From the NCBI GenBank assembly GCA_022792395.1, contig JAAWAX010000015.1, forward strand, positions 20,093 to 84,092: a stretch of 64,000 nucleotides of DNA, written 5' to 3'. Of the stretch, positions 49,464 to 57,900 are shown one piece after another. The position numbers were made by a program, and so were the translations under genes. The notes below the pieces were generated by a model. It made no database searches, was not told the DNA's origin, and was given only the letters and a program-made list of their open reading frames with translations. The first letter of the stretch is position 1; every line of letters starts with the position of its first letter. Origin of the DNA: Clostridia bacterium (GTDB taxonomy: Bacteria; Bacillota; Clostridia; TANB77; CAG-508).

Positions 49464-50570
49464 ATGAGAAAACGAGAATTAAAAAATATAGAATGGAGTA
49501 TTGGAATTATTGCAATTATTCTTTGTATTATAGGATTAGTTGCTTTATTTTCTGCTACCCAAGAAGCGGAATATGATGAATTTAATAAACAATGTATATG
49601 GCTTATTGTTAGTTTGATAATAGGTATTGTAATTATGCTAATTGATTATCAATCAATTGTAAAAATGTCTCCTATATTTTATGGAGCTTTCATTTTACTA
49701 CTAATTGCTGTTCTATTTACAACACCAGTCAATGGTGCAACTAGCTGGTTTGATATTGGATTTTTTTCCTTTCAACCAGGAGAATTTGCTAAAATTTTTG
49801 TTATTTTATTTTTAGCTTATACTATAGCGAGGGTTCAAGAAAGAGATAAAAAAAATATTAATAAGCCAATTAAATTGTTAATGATATTAGCTATATTAAT
49901 GCTACCAGTACTATTAATTATAAAACAACCAGATTTTGGTACAGCCGCAGCTTTTATAGTAGCTTTAGCCTTTATGCTAATGACAGCAGGAATCGATAAA
50001 AGATATATTTTGGGTATCGTAATTTTAATAGTTGTATGTGTTCCATTAATTTATAATTTTATCTTACCAGAACATGCCAAAAAAAGAATTGATATATTTT
50101 TAAATCCAGAATCAGATCCTCGTGGGTCAGGATATAATATCATTCAATCCAAACTTGCTATTGGAGCAGGAGGATTAACAGGAATGGGATTATTAAAGGG
50201 AAATCAAACACAATTAGGATTTTTATATCCAAAAACAACAGATTTTATATTTGCTGTTATTGGAGAAGAAATGGGATTTATTATAGCATGTACAATTATC
50301 ATACTGTATGTACTACTCATAACGAAATGTTTATATGTAGCTAAAACAGCTAAAGATGAGATGGGTTCACTAATTGCTTCTGGAATAACAGGCGTATTTG
50401 TATTCCACATGATAGAAAATATAGGAATGGTAATGGGATTATTGCCAATAACGGGTGTACCACTTCCTTTTATCAGTTATGGAGGTAGTTCCTTAATTAC
50501 GAATTTTATTTGTATTGCTATTATACTAAATATTAGTAGCAAAAGACAGAAAACTATATTTGTAAAATAA
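49464..50570 (+). CDS. rodA: SEDS-family peptidoglycan polymerase RodA (FtsW/RodA/SpoVE family)
   Basis: Multi-pass membrane protein. QPGEFAKI, DFGTA, TDFIFAVIGEE.G and PLPFISYGGSS motifs. Lies downstream of minDE. Confidence 0.85.
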   Translation: MRKRELKNIEWSIGIIAIILCIIGLVALFSATQEAEYDEFNKQCIWLIVSLIIGIVIMLIDYQSIVKMSPIFYGAFILLLIAVLFTTPVNGATSWFDIGFFSFQPGEFAKIFVILFLAYTIARVQERDKKNINKPIKLLMILAILMLPVLLIIKQPDFGTAAAFIVALAFMLMTAGIDKRYILGIVILIVVCVPLIYNFILPEHAKKRIDIFLNPESDPRGSGYNIIQSKLAIGAGGLTGMGLLKGNQTQLGFLYPKTTDFIFAVIGEEMGFIIACTIIILYVLLITKCLYVAKTAKDEMGSLIASGITGVFVFHMIENIGMVMGLLPITGVPLPFISYGGSSLITNFICIAIILNISSKRQKTIFVK

Positions 50571-50594
50571 CTTTTTAGAAGTTGGAGTAATAAG

Positions 50595-51566
50595 ATGTAC
50601 TTACATAAATTAAAAATAGGGAATGTAGAATTAGAAAATAACTTAATATTAGCTCCTATGGCTGGTGTAACAAACCAGCCTTTTCGAATGATATGCAAAG
50701 AATTTGAGCCAGGAATGGTATGTACAGAAATGGCTAGTTCAAAAGCTATTTTTCATGATGATAAAAAAACCAATCGCTTATTAAATACAGAAGGAGAGAA
50801 AAGACCGATTAGTTTTCAGATTTTTGGTAGTGATGAAGAAACTCTTGGGTATGCAGCTAACTATGTAAGTAAGAACGCAGATATCGTAGATATTAATATG
50901 GGATGTCCTGCACCAAAAGTTGTTAAAAATGGTGATGGTAGTAAATTGTTACTAGATTTAGAGCAAGCTGAAAAGGTAATGAAGGCAGTTGTTAAAAATT
51001 CTAAAGTTCCAGTTACTTTAAAATGTCGAAAAGGATGGGATAAAGATAATATAGTAGCAGTAGAAGTGGCTAAAATTGCAGAAAGAGTTGGGATTTCAGC
51101 GATTACTATCCACGGAAGAACACGTACAGAATTTTATTCTGGTAAGGCAGATATTGAGATAATTAAGCAAGTAAAACAAGCAGTAAGTATACCTGTTATA
51201 GGAAATGGCGATATAGTAGATGAAGAGACAGCTTTTAGAATGTTTGAACAAACAGGTGTAGATGGTATTATGATAGGAAGAGGAAGTCTTGGGAATCCTT
51301 GGATTTTTAGAAAAATAGCACATTTTTTAGAAACAGGAGAGAAGTTAGAAGACCCATCGAACGAAGAAAAATTAGAAATCATGAAAAGACATATTGATTT
51401 AGCAGTACAAGAAAAAGGAGAAATAGCAGTTAAAGAATTAAGAAAACATATTGCTTGGTATACCAAGAATCTAAAAAATTCTAGTGAATTTAGAAGAAGT
51501 GTTAATCAGATTGAAACAAAAGAGGATTTAATTCAAAAAATAGAAGAATATTTTAAAACCCTGTAA
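50595..51566 (+). CDS. dusB: tRNA-dihydrouridine synthase
   Basis: LAPMAGVTNQPFR, DINMGCPAPKV and ITIHGRTR motifs. Confidence 0.9.
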   Translation: MYLHKLKIGNVELENNLILAPMAGVTNQPFRMICKEFEPGMVCTEMASSKAIFHDDKKTNRLLNTEGEKRPISFQIFGSDEETLGYAANYVSKNADIVDINMGCPAPKVVKNGDGSKLLLDLEQAEKVMKAVVKNSKVPVTLKCRKGWDKDNIVAVEVAKIAERVGISAITIHGRTRTEFYSGKADIEIIKQVKQAVSIPVIGNGDIVDEETAFRMFEQTGVDGIMIGRGSLGNPWIFRKIAHFLETGEKLEDPSNEEKLEIMKRHIDLAVQEKGEIAVKELRKHIAWYTKNLKNSSEFRRSVNQIETKEDLIQKIEEYFKTL

Positions 51567-51607
51567 AATAAAATGGTAGTGAATAAAAGCTACTATTTTT
51601 TTATATT

Positions 51608-51778
51608 ATAGGAAGTTCGGAGAACTTCCTATAATATAAAGCATTTCACACAAATTTGCTAAAGCAAATTTGGCGAGCGAACAAAGACGAGGCATGAAAA
51701 CTAATCTAAAAGGTCAAAATATTTTAATCATGCCTCTTTTGTTCTATTATAGGAAGTTTTCCGAAATTCCTATTGATA
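51608..51778. repeat. Cluster of related hairpins downstream of dusB; part is repeated at 53959-54010
   Basis: tataggaagttcggagaacttcctata (51608-34), caaatttgc-taaa-gcaaatttg, gaacaaagacgaggcatga...tcatgcctcttttgttc, and ataggaagttttccgaaattcctat. The roughly 36-nt string aaggtcaaaatattttaatcatgcctctttt recurs at 53969. Confidence 0.5.
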
Positions 51779-51802
51779 TAAAGTATTTTAGGAGGTACTA
51801 TT

Positions 51803-52411
51803 TTGAAGAAAAACAAAATTTTTATTTTATTGGCAATTATCATGATAATAGCGATTATTATTTTTTTTATATTTTTTCACACAAATTCGGCTAAAAATTT
51901 GAAAATTGGAAATAATACTAGTAGTCAAGAAATTGTAGATTACATTTTAAATATTAGTTCCTACGAAACCATTGTAGAAGTAGAAGTGGAAAGTAATAAG
52001 AATAAAAATCAATATGTAATAAAACAACAATATGAAAGTCCTGATACATCATCACAAGAAGTGATAGAACCGAGTAATATTGCTGGTGTTAAAATCAGCA
52101 GAAATGGGAATCAACTAAAAATAGAAAATACAAATTTAAGTTTAACTTCTATTTTTGAAAATTATGAATATGTATCAGACAATCTTTTAGATTTAAATGT
52201 TTTTATTCAAGATTATCAATCTTATGAAAAGGCAAGTTGGAAAGAGGAAAACAATCAGATTATTATGACAACAAAACAAGATAAACAAGAAAAAACATTA
52301 TGGGTGGATAGAACGACAGGAAAACCGATAAAATTAGAAGTAAAATGGACTAACAAAAAAACGAAAGTTTACATATTATATAATGAGGTAAATATAAATA
52401 GTTTAAAATAA
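51803..52411 (+). CDS. Membrane-anchored protein (YdcC/LolA-like position upstream of mazF)
   Basis: TTG lies 7 nt after AGGAGG. N-terminal TM segment IFILLAIIMIIAIIIFFIFF. 202 aa. The family assignment is tentative. Confidence 0.45.
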   Translation: MKKNKIFILLAIIMIIAIIIFFIFFHTNSAKNLKIGNNTSSQEIVDYILNISSYETIVEVEVESNKNKNQYVIKQQYESPDTSSQEVIEPSNIAGVKISRNGNQLKIENTNLSLTSIFENYEYVSDNLLDLNVFIQDYQSYEKASWKEENNQIIMTTKQDKQEKTLWVDRTTGKPIKLEVKWTNKKTKVYILYNEVNINSLK

Positions 52412-52489
52412 ACCATTTGTTTACTTTCACTAATATTTAAAATAGCATGAAATATACTTGACAATATACTAATATTAGGAGTGAAGGAA

Positions 52490-52840
52490 ATGCAAATCAA
52501 AAGAGGAGATATGTTTTATGCAGATTTAAGTCCAGTAGTTGGCTCAGAGCAAGGTGGAATTCGACCAGTTCTTATTATACAAAATGATTTGGGTAACAAA
52601 TATAGCCCTACTGTAATTGCCGCAGCAATCACTTCTCAAACTGGAAAAAATAAATTACCAACCCATATTGAAATTGATTCAAATTCTTGTGGATTAAAAA
52701 ATAATTCGGTGGTATTAGCAGAACAGATAAGAACGATTGATAAAAGTAGATTGAAAGAACGAATTGGTCATATCAATGATGAAAAAATAATTGATAAAGT
52801 GAATAATGCTTTAGGTGTTAGCTTTGGATTAGATGAATAA
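52490..52840 (+). CDS. mazF: MazF/PemK (EndoA-type) endoribonuclease toxin
   Basis: [54 protein letters not shown] matches the MazF/NdoA pattern. Confidence 0.9.
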   Translation: MQIKRGDMFYADLSPVVGSEQGGIRPVLIIQNDLGNKYSPTVIAAAITSQTGKNKLPTHIEIDSNSCGLKNNSVVLAEQIRTIDKSRLKERIGHINDEKIIDKVNNALGVSFGLDE

Positions 52841-52863
52841 ACATGGCTAAAAAAGAAGATTTT

Positions 52864-52972
52864 GTCGCTAGATTCCCCAGATTCCCCACTGGTTCCGGGT
52901 TTAATTGGGGATATTAATTAAATATCCCCAATTAAACCCGGAACCAGTGGGGAATCTGGGGAATCTAGCGAC
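52864..52972. repeat. Perfect 52-bp inverted repeat (5-nt loop) built from the GC-rich CCCCACTGGTTCCGGGTTTAA-TGGGGA core
   Basis: The left arm 52864-52915 is the exact reverse complement of 52921-52972. It lies between the convergent mazF and HD-GYP genes. Confidence 0.9.
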
Positions 52973-52985
52973 AGATTTCTGTTAA

Positions 52986-53930
52986 TTAGATTTTTAGTTT
53001 TTTTATGATTTTAATTTCTTTGTACAAATTATCAATCATAGCTTTTCTAACTTCATAAGCTTTTTTATATTCTTCGTAGAAAGAAGAATAATTTTCTAGT
53101 GTTTCATCCTTTTTTAATAGCATTTTCATACCTTCTAAATAGTAGTTTTTGTCTTTTTCTTTTTTTGCATTTTCCATTTTTTCTTTATATTTATTAATTT
53201 GTTCAAATCTTTTTAATTCATTTTGTAAGTCATTTACATATTGTTCAGTACAATAAATTTCGTATTCAATATCATCAATAACGACTTTAAATAGTGTTTT
53301 TACAATGATAGGATTGTTTTTTCCATAACGAATGCTTTCATCTGTTTTTTGAAATAGATTGGATTGATTTGCATCTTCTTTTGGTTTAGAATTTTCAATT
53401 AATATTTTTAAAGTGTCGGAAATGCCAATGTGAGATTTATATTGTCTTTTACTAACAATTGCATCGTATTCATCAGCGACACGAATAATTTGACCTTCGT
53501 AAGGAATATCTTTTTTGGTCAAACCCTGTGGATAGCCACTACCATTTAAAGCCTCATGATGATAGTAGGCACCAGCTGAATAAGGTCTTAATTTTAAATC
53601 TTTCATACACAAATTATAGCCTAAAGTAGTATGTGATTTCATAATAGCATATTCTTCTTCGGTTAACTTTCCTGGTTTTTGAAGGACTTCTGGCGGAATG
53701 AATAGTTTTCCAATATCGTGTAAATAGGCACAAATTATACAATATACGGTAAAATCCTTATTACAATGAAGATATTCGCAAAGTCTACAAGTTAGGCTGG
53801 CAACATTTTCACAATGTTTTCGCGTGAACACATCTAAACGGTCTAACATATCTAGTTGGTATCTCATGCTTTCATTTAAATTATATGATTTTAAATTGGT
53901 TTTATCATAAAAATCAAGTTCATAACTCAT
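52986..53930 (-). CDS. HD-GYP domain protein (putative c-di-GMP phosphodiesterase) with coiled-coil C-terminus
   Basis: YLHDIGKLFIP..VL.KPGKLT.EE...K.HT and HHEALNGSGYPQGL motifs. Confidence 0.8.
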   Translation of the reverse strand: MSYELDFYDKTNLKSYNLNESMRYQLDMLDRLDVFTRKHCENVASLTCRLCEYLHCNKDFTVYCIICAYLHDIGKLFIPPEVLQKPGKLTEEEYAIMKSHTTLGYNLCMKDLKLRPYSAGAYYHHEALNGSGYPQGLTKKDIPYEGQIIRVADEYDAIVSKRQYKSHIGISDTLKILIENSKPKEDANQSNLFQKTDESIRYGKNNPIIVKTLFKVVIDDIEYEIYCTEQYVNDLQNELKRFEQINKYKEKMENAKKEKDKNYYLEGMKMLLKKDETLENYSSFYEEYKKAYEVRKAMIDNLYKEIKIIKKLKI

Positions 53931-54060
53931 GATTATTCTCCTTTGTATTTCGTTTTTTATAGGATAGGAAAGGTCAAAATATTTTAATCATGCCTCTTTT
54001 ATTCTTATCATAGCATGAATGAAAAAGAACTGCAAGATTTATTTTGAAAATCCTCCCCAA

Positions 54061-54255
54061 ATTCAAGTTTCGACTTTTTTGCAAGTGAAGGTTATGATAT
54101 ATCATTTTTTTACACTTTGTGTGTCGCAACCCACAAAATTAAATTTTCGTCTGTAGGTTGCTCCAATCGCACTCGCATAGCTCGTTTGGTCGCTTACGCA
54201 GTGTTTCAAAAATGATATATCATAACCTTCACTTGCAAAAAGTCGAAACTTGAAT
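54061..54255. repeat. MITE-like element with about 48-bp terminal inverted repeats
   Basis: attcaagtttcgac(t)5-6gcaagtgaaggttatgatatatcattttt at 54061 is inverted at 54207-54255. The roughly 95-bp core is GC-richer and contains its own hairpin. Confidence 0.7.
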
Positions 54256-54265
54256 CCAAAAACAC

Positions 54266-54295
54266 TTGACAAAACGCGAAAAAATAGTATATAAT
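54266..54295 (+). promoter_or_regulatory. SigA-type promoter for infC-rpmI-rplT
   Basis: TTGACA (54266-71), an 18-nt spacer, then TATAAT (54290-95). Confidence 0.6.
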
Positions 54296-54299
54296 AAAA

Positions 54300-54427
54300 T
54301 ACGTTACAAGAAGAAGTCAAACTTCTCACCTTATCCAAAAGGAAAAAGGTTAGAAACCGAATAAATCCAAAGTATTGTACTTAAGGCTTTATTTTTGATT
54401 TGACTTGTAACAAAGTCAAATTTTTTT
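54300..54427 (+). ncRNA. Candidate L20 leader (ribosomal-protein autoregulatory leader) ending in an attenuator hairpin
   Basis: About 200-nt leader between the promoter and infC. A hairpin tttgac..gtcaaa followed by TTTTTTT lies at 54398-54427. The position matches the Firmicute L20 leader. The 23S-mimic fold was not verified. Confidence 0.45.
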
Positions 54428-54497
54428 ATGGTAAAAGTTTTCAATTAAAGAAATACTTTTTACTGTATAAATGCATGACCAAGTGAAGAAAGAGTTT

Positions 54498-55028
54498 ATG
54501 GAGGTGTTTTCAATCAAACAAGAATTACCAATCAACAGACAAATAAGAGCAAAAGAAGTACAATTGATAGAGGATAATGGACAAAAAGCGGGAGTTATTC
54601 CGTTGGAAGAAGCTTTGCAGAAAGCAGAAAGTAAAAATTTGGATTTAGTGTTAGTAGCACCAAATACGAATCCACCAGTTTGTAAGATTATGAACTATGG
54701 GAAGTACAAATTTGAGCAAGCAAAGAAAGAAAAAGAAGCCAAGAAAAAACAAAAGGTTTTTGAAGTCAAAGAATTAAGAGTAACGCCAAATATCGAAGAG
54801 CATGATTTTGGGTTTAAGTGTAAAAATGCAAGAAAATTTTTGACAGATGGAAACAAAGTAAAAATAACAGTTCGATTTAGAGGTAGAGAAGTAAATAATG
54901 CAAAAGCAGGAGAAATCGTACTAAATAAATTTATTGAAGCATTAGAAGATATTGCAACAGTTGAAAAACCACCTAAATTAGAGGGTAGAAATATGTTTAC
55001 CATTTTAGCTAAAAAAGCAGATAAATAA
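54498..55028 (+). CDS. infC: Translation initiation factor IF-3
   Basis: INRQIRAKEVQLIEDNGQKAGVIPLEEALQKAESKNLDLVLVAPN..PPVCKIMNYGKYKFE. The start is uncertain: the ATG at 54498 lies inside GGAGGTG, while the ATC at 54513 lies 6 nt after it. Confidence 0.85.
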   Translation: MEVFSIKQELPINRQIRAKEVQLIEDNGQKAGVIPLEEALQKAESKNLDLVLVAPNTNPPVCKIMNYGKYKFEQAKKEKEAKKKQKVFEVKELRVTPNIEEHDFGFKCKNARKFLTDGNKVKITVRFRGREVNNAKAGEIVLNKFIEALEDIATVEKPPKLEGRNMFTILAKKADK

Positions 55029-55072
55029 ATTATCTGTTCATATAAAAGTAATAAACGAAAGGAGTTATCATT

Positions 55073-55276
55073 ATGCCAAAATTAAAAACCAATAAAGCTG
55101 CTAAAAAAAGATATTCATTAACAGCTACAGGAAAAGTAAAAAGAACAAAATCAAACAGAAGACACTTATTAGCCAATAAAACAAGAAGACAAAAAAAATC
55201 AGGAAAAATTCAAAATGCTTATGCTGATAAAACATGTGTAGAAACTATCAAAAAGTTATTACCTTATGGTAATTAG
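55073..55276 (+). CDS. rpmI: Ribosomal protein bL35
   Basis: MPKLKTNKAAKKRY..TATGKVKR. Lies between infC and rplT. Confidence 0.9.
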   Translation: MPKLKTNKAAKKRYSLTATGKVKRTKSNRRHLLANKTRRQKKSGKIQNAYADKTCVETIKKLLPYGN

Positions 55277-55356
55277 AGTGAAAAATAGAGAAAAAGGTAA
55301 ATACTAGTTTAGGAAGAAGAAAGTATTACCAGAATAAAAGAGGAAGGTGAAAATAA

Positions 55357-55707
55357 ATGGCAAGAGTAAAAACAGCTAGAACAACAAGAGCAAGACACAA
55401 AAAAATATTAAAACAAGCAAAAGGATACTATGGTGCAAAAAGTTATAGATTTAGAAATGCAAACCAAGCAGTTATGAAATCTTTAGCATATGCATATGTA
55501 GGAAGAAAAGATAAAAAAAGTAATTTTAGAAAATTATGGATAGCAAGAATTAATGCAGCAGCAAGAATGAATGGAACAACTTATAGCAAAATGATTGCTG
55601 GATTGAAAAAAGCAAATGTTACTATTAACAGAAAAATGTTAGCAGAAATTGCTGTGACAGACCCAAAAGCATTTACAGAAATAGCTGAAGTAGCAAAAAA
55701 AGCATAG
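55357..55707 (+). CDS. rplT: Ribosomal protein bL20
   Basis: [29 protein letters not shown]... Confidence 0.95.
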   Translation: MARVKTARTTRARHKKILKQAKGYYGAKSYRFRNANQAVMKSLAYAYVGRKDKKSNFRKLWIARINAAARMNGTTYSKMIAGLKKANVTINRKMLAEIAVTDPKAFTEIAEVAKKA

Positions 55708-55717
55708 AGTTAGAAAA

Positions 55718-55741
55718 AGAATAACGAAGGTTATTCTTTTT
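55718..55741 (+). terminator. Rho-independent terminator of the infC operon
   Basis: agaataac-gaag-gttattct followed by TTTT. Confidence 0.7.
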
Positions 55742-55844
55742 AATTAGATTCCACACGAAATTGTTTTGCCATTCTGGTGGGTGAACAATTAAATGGGGGC
55801 TTGAAAGGTATAATTATAAATATAGGAAACTAAAATCAAGCCCC

Positions 55845-57041
55845 CTATGGTTTTTCCAATAGCCAATCAATTATATTTTTATGAATAATTCCATCTCTTG
55901 AAAAGTCTGCTTTATCTAATGAAAGAACATATTTAGGGTAGTTATCTTCTATTTCTTTAAAAGCTCCAAATTCTCTATTTTGAACGGTATCACTTTCTAA
56001 TAAATATGCTACTTGGAAATATAATTTTTCTTCTGTTTTTGTTGCAATAAAATCAATTTCTCCATCTTTTGTTTTTCCTATATAAACATCATATCCTCTT
56101 TCTAATAACTCATTATATACAACATTTTCAATTGCAAAGCTCTTGTTTATTTCAAAGTTATTGTTTTTTATTTGAGCTATTCCTAAATCTGTCATATAGT
56201 ATTTATTTAATGTTTTTAAAATTGCTTTTCCATGAATATCATATCTATATATTTTCTTTATCATTAAAGCTTTGCATAATGCATCTAAATACATATATAA
56301 TGTTTCAGTTGATACAGATTTTCCTTCGTTTTTTAAAAAATTTATAACATTCTCGGCAGAAAATTGGCGTCCTGTAGTATCTACAATATATTGTAATAGT
56401 AAATCAAATAAGACTGTATTCTTTAGTCCTAGTCTTTCTACTACATCTCTTAATATAATAGAATCGAATACACTATGTAGATAGTCCTTTATATTACTTT
56501 CATCAGTGAATTGTGTTCTGTTAGGAAGCCCCCCCCATTTAACAAAATTCCAAAAAGTTTCTTCTGATTTAGCTTCTTTATTAGTAAGTTCTATAAATTC
56601 TTTGTAGCTTAATGGATAAATATTAAATAATACATATCTTCCAGATAGAACCGTTGATAATTCGTTTGATAATAATTTGCTATTAGATCCAGTAATAAAT
56701 ATACTTATATTATCTATAGATGCTCTTAATGAATTTACTACATCTTCAAAGTTTTCTACTTTCTGAATTTCATCTAAAAATACATAATACTTATTATCAT
56801 CTACTATTTTTTCTTTTATATATGTATTTAATCTTTTATAATTTTGTAGTTCTTCAAATTCTATAAGTTCAAAATTTATATATATGATATGTTTCTCATC
56901 TATCTTTTTTTCTTTTAATTCATTCATTATTTGTTTTAATATTACAGATTTTCCACATCTTCTTATTCCAACTAATATTTTTACAAGGTCACTGTCATAA
57001 AAACCTCTTATTCTTGATAAATACATTTCTCTTTTTAACAT
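55845..57041 (-). CDS. AAA-family ATPase with DUF4143-like C-terminal domain
   Basis: The ATG at 57041 follows AGGTGA. Walker A VGIRRCGKS and Walker B YVFLDEIQ. Typical AAA_14/DUF4143 architecture. Confidence 0.7.
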   Translation of the reverse strand: MLKREMYLSRIRGFYDSDLVKILVGIRRCGKSVILKQIMNELKEKKIDEKHIIYINFELIEFEELQNYKRLNTYIKEKIVDDNKYYVFLDEIQKVENFEDVVNSLRASIDNISIFITGSNSKLLSNELSTVLSGRYVLFNIYPLSYKEFIELTNKEAKSEETFWNFVKWGGLPNRTQFTDESNIKDYLHSVFDSIILRDVVERLGLKNTVLFDLLLQYIVDTTGRQFSAENVINFLKNEGKSVSTETLYMYLDALCKALMIKKIYRYDIHGKAILKTLNKYYMTDLGIAQIKNNNFEINKSFAIENVVYNELLERGYDVYIGKTKDGEIDFIATKTEEKLYFQVAYLLESDTVQNREFGAFKEIEDNYPKYVLSLDKADFSRDGIIHKNIIDWLLEKP

Positions 57042-57410
57042 TTCAATCACCTATACTAATTATAATTCAATATATCATATCTGTCAAGTTATTTCGGAAA
57101 ACAGAAATAACTTTTTTGATTTTGAAATATATTTCTTGAATACGAAATATATTTAGTATCTATTTAAGAGAATCCATATTTTTTAAGGTTTAAAACAGAA
57201 AAATAGATTGAAAAAGTTAAATAATTATGCAAAAGAACAATATGTTATTTTGCATAATAGTAATAGATAGTATGAAAAAATAGAAAATTAGATAATGAAC
57301 TACCTACAGTATATGCAATGATAACGATTTAAGAAAGAAGTTAATTTTTATATAAAAATTTCTTCTTTCTTAAATTGTTATCATTGCATTTTATAAATGA
57401 TTATGATTTA

Positions 57411-57803
57411 TTACTGTTTTTTCATTTTAGGTTTTGAAATGAGAGAAGCTAAATAACCAAAGAACACTGCAGCAGCAATACCACCAGAGGCCGCTTTTAC
57501 ACCGCCAGTAAAGGCACCTACTAAACCAGTTTGCTGAACAGCTTCTATAGCACCTTTAGCAAGATTATAACCAAAACCAGTAAGAGGAACCGTAGCACCA
57601 GCACCTGCAAAATCAACTATATATTGATAAATTCCCAAGCCTCCTAAAATAGCACCTGCTGTTACAAAAATAACTAATATTTTAGCAGGAGTAAGTTTAG
57701 TTTTATCAATCAAAATTTGACCTATAATACAAATGATTCCGCCAGTTACAAAACATTTCAATAACATCATCCAATCAAAAACATTGTTCCAATCAACATT
57801 CAT
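57411..57803 (-). CDS. spoVAE: Stage V sporulation protein AE
   Basis: Small polytopic membrane protein rich in Gly and Ala. Third gene after spoVAC-spoVAD. Confidence 0.8.
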   Translation of the reverse strand: MNVDWNNVFDWMMLLKCFVTGGIICIIGQILIDKTKLTPAKILVIFVTAGAILGGLGIYQYIVDFAGAGATVPLTGFGYNLAKGAIEAVQQTGLVGAFTGGVKAASGGIAAAVFFGYLASLISKPKMKKQ

Positions 57804-57848
57804 AAAAATTCATCCTTTCTAATTGTTTTCAATCATTCCATCAGAGAC

Positions 57849-57877
57849 TCCCCACTGGTTCCGGGTTTAAGTGGGGA
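57849..57877. repeat. Single copy of the GC-rich core repeat in the spoVAD-spoVAE spacer
   Basis: tccccactggttccgggtttaagtgggga, followed by TGGGA/TGGGGA motifs. Confidence 0.8.
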
Positions 57878-57900
57878 CCTATGGGAAAATTGGGGAGATT

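Noticed and set aside
51670-51894. ORF 51670-51894 (+)
   Set aside because: It begins inside the hairpin cluster and runs out of frame into the TTG-initiated gene at 51803. It has no SD.
54102-54338. ORF 54102-54338 (-)
   Set aside because: It spans the MITE-like element and the infC promoter. It has no SD, and its sequence is dictated by the inverted repeats.
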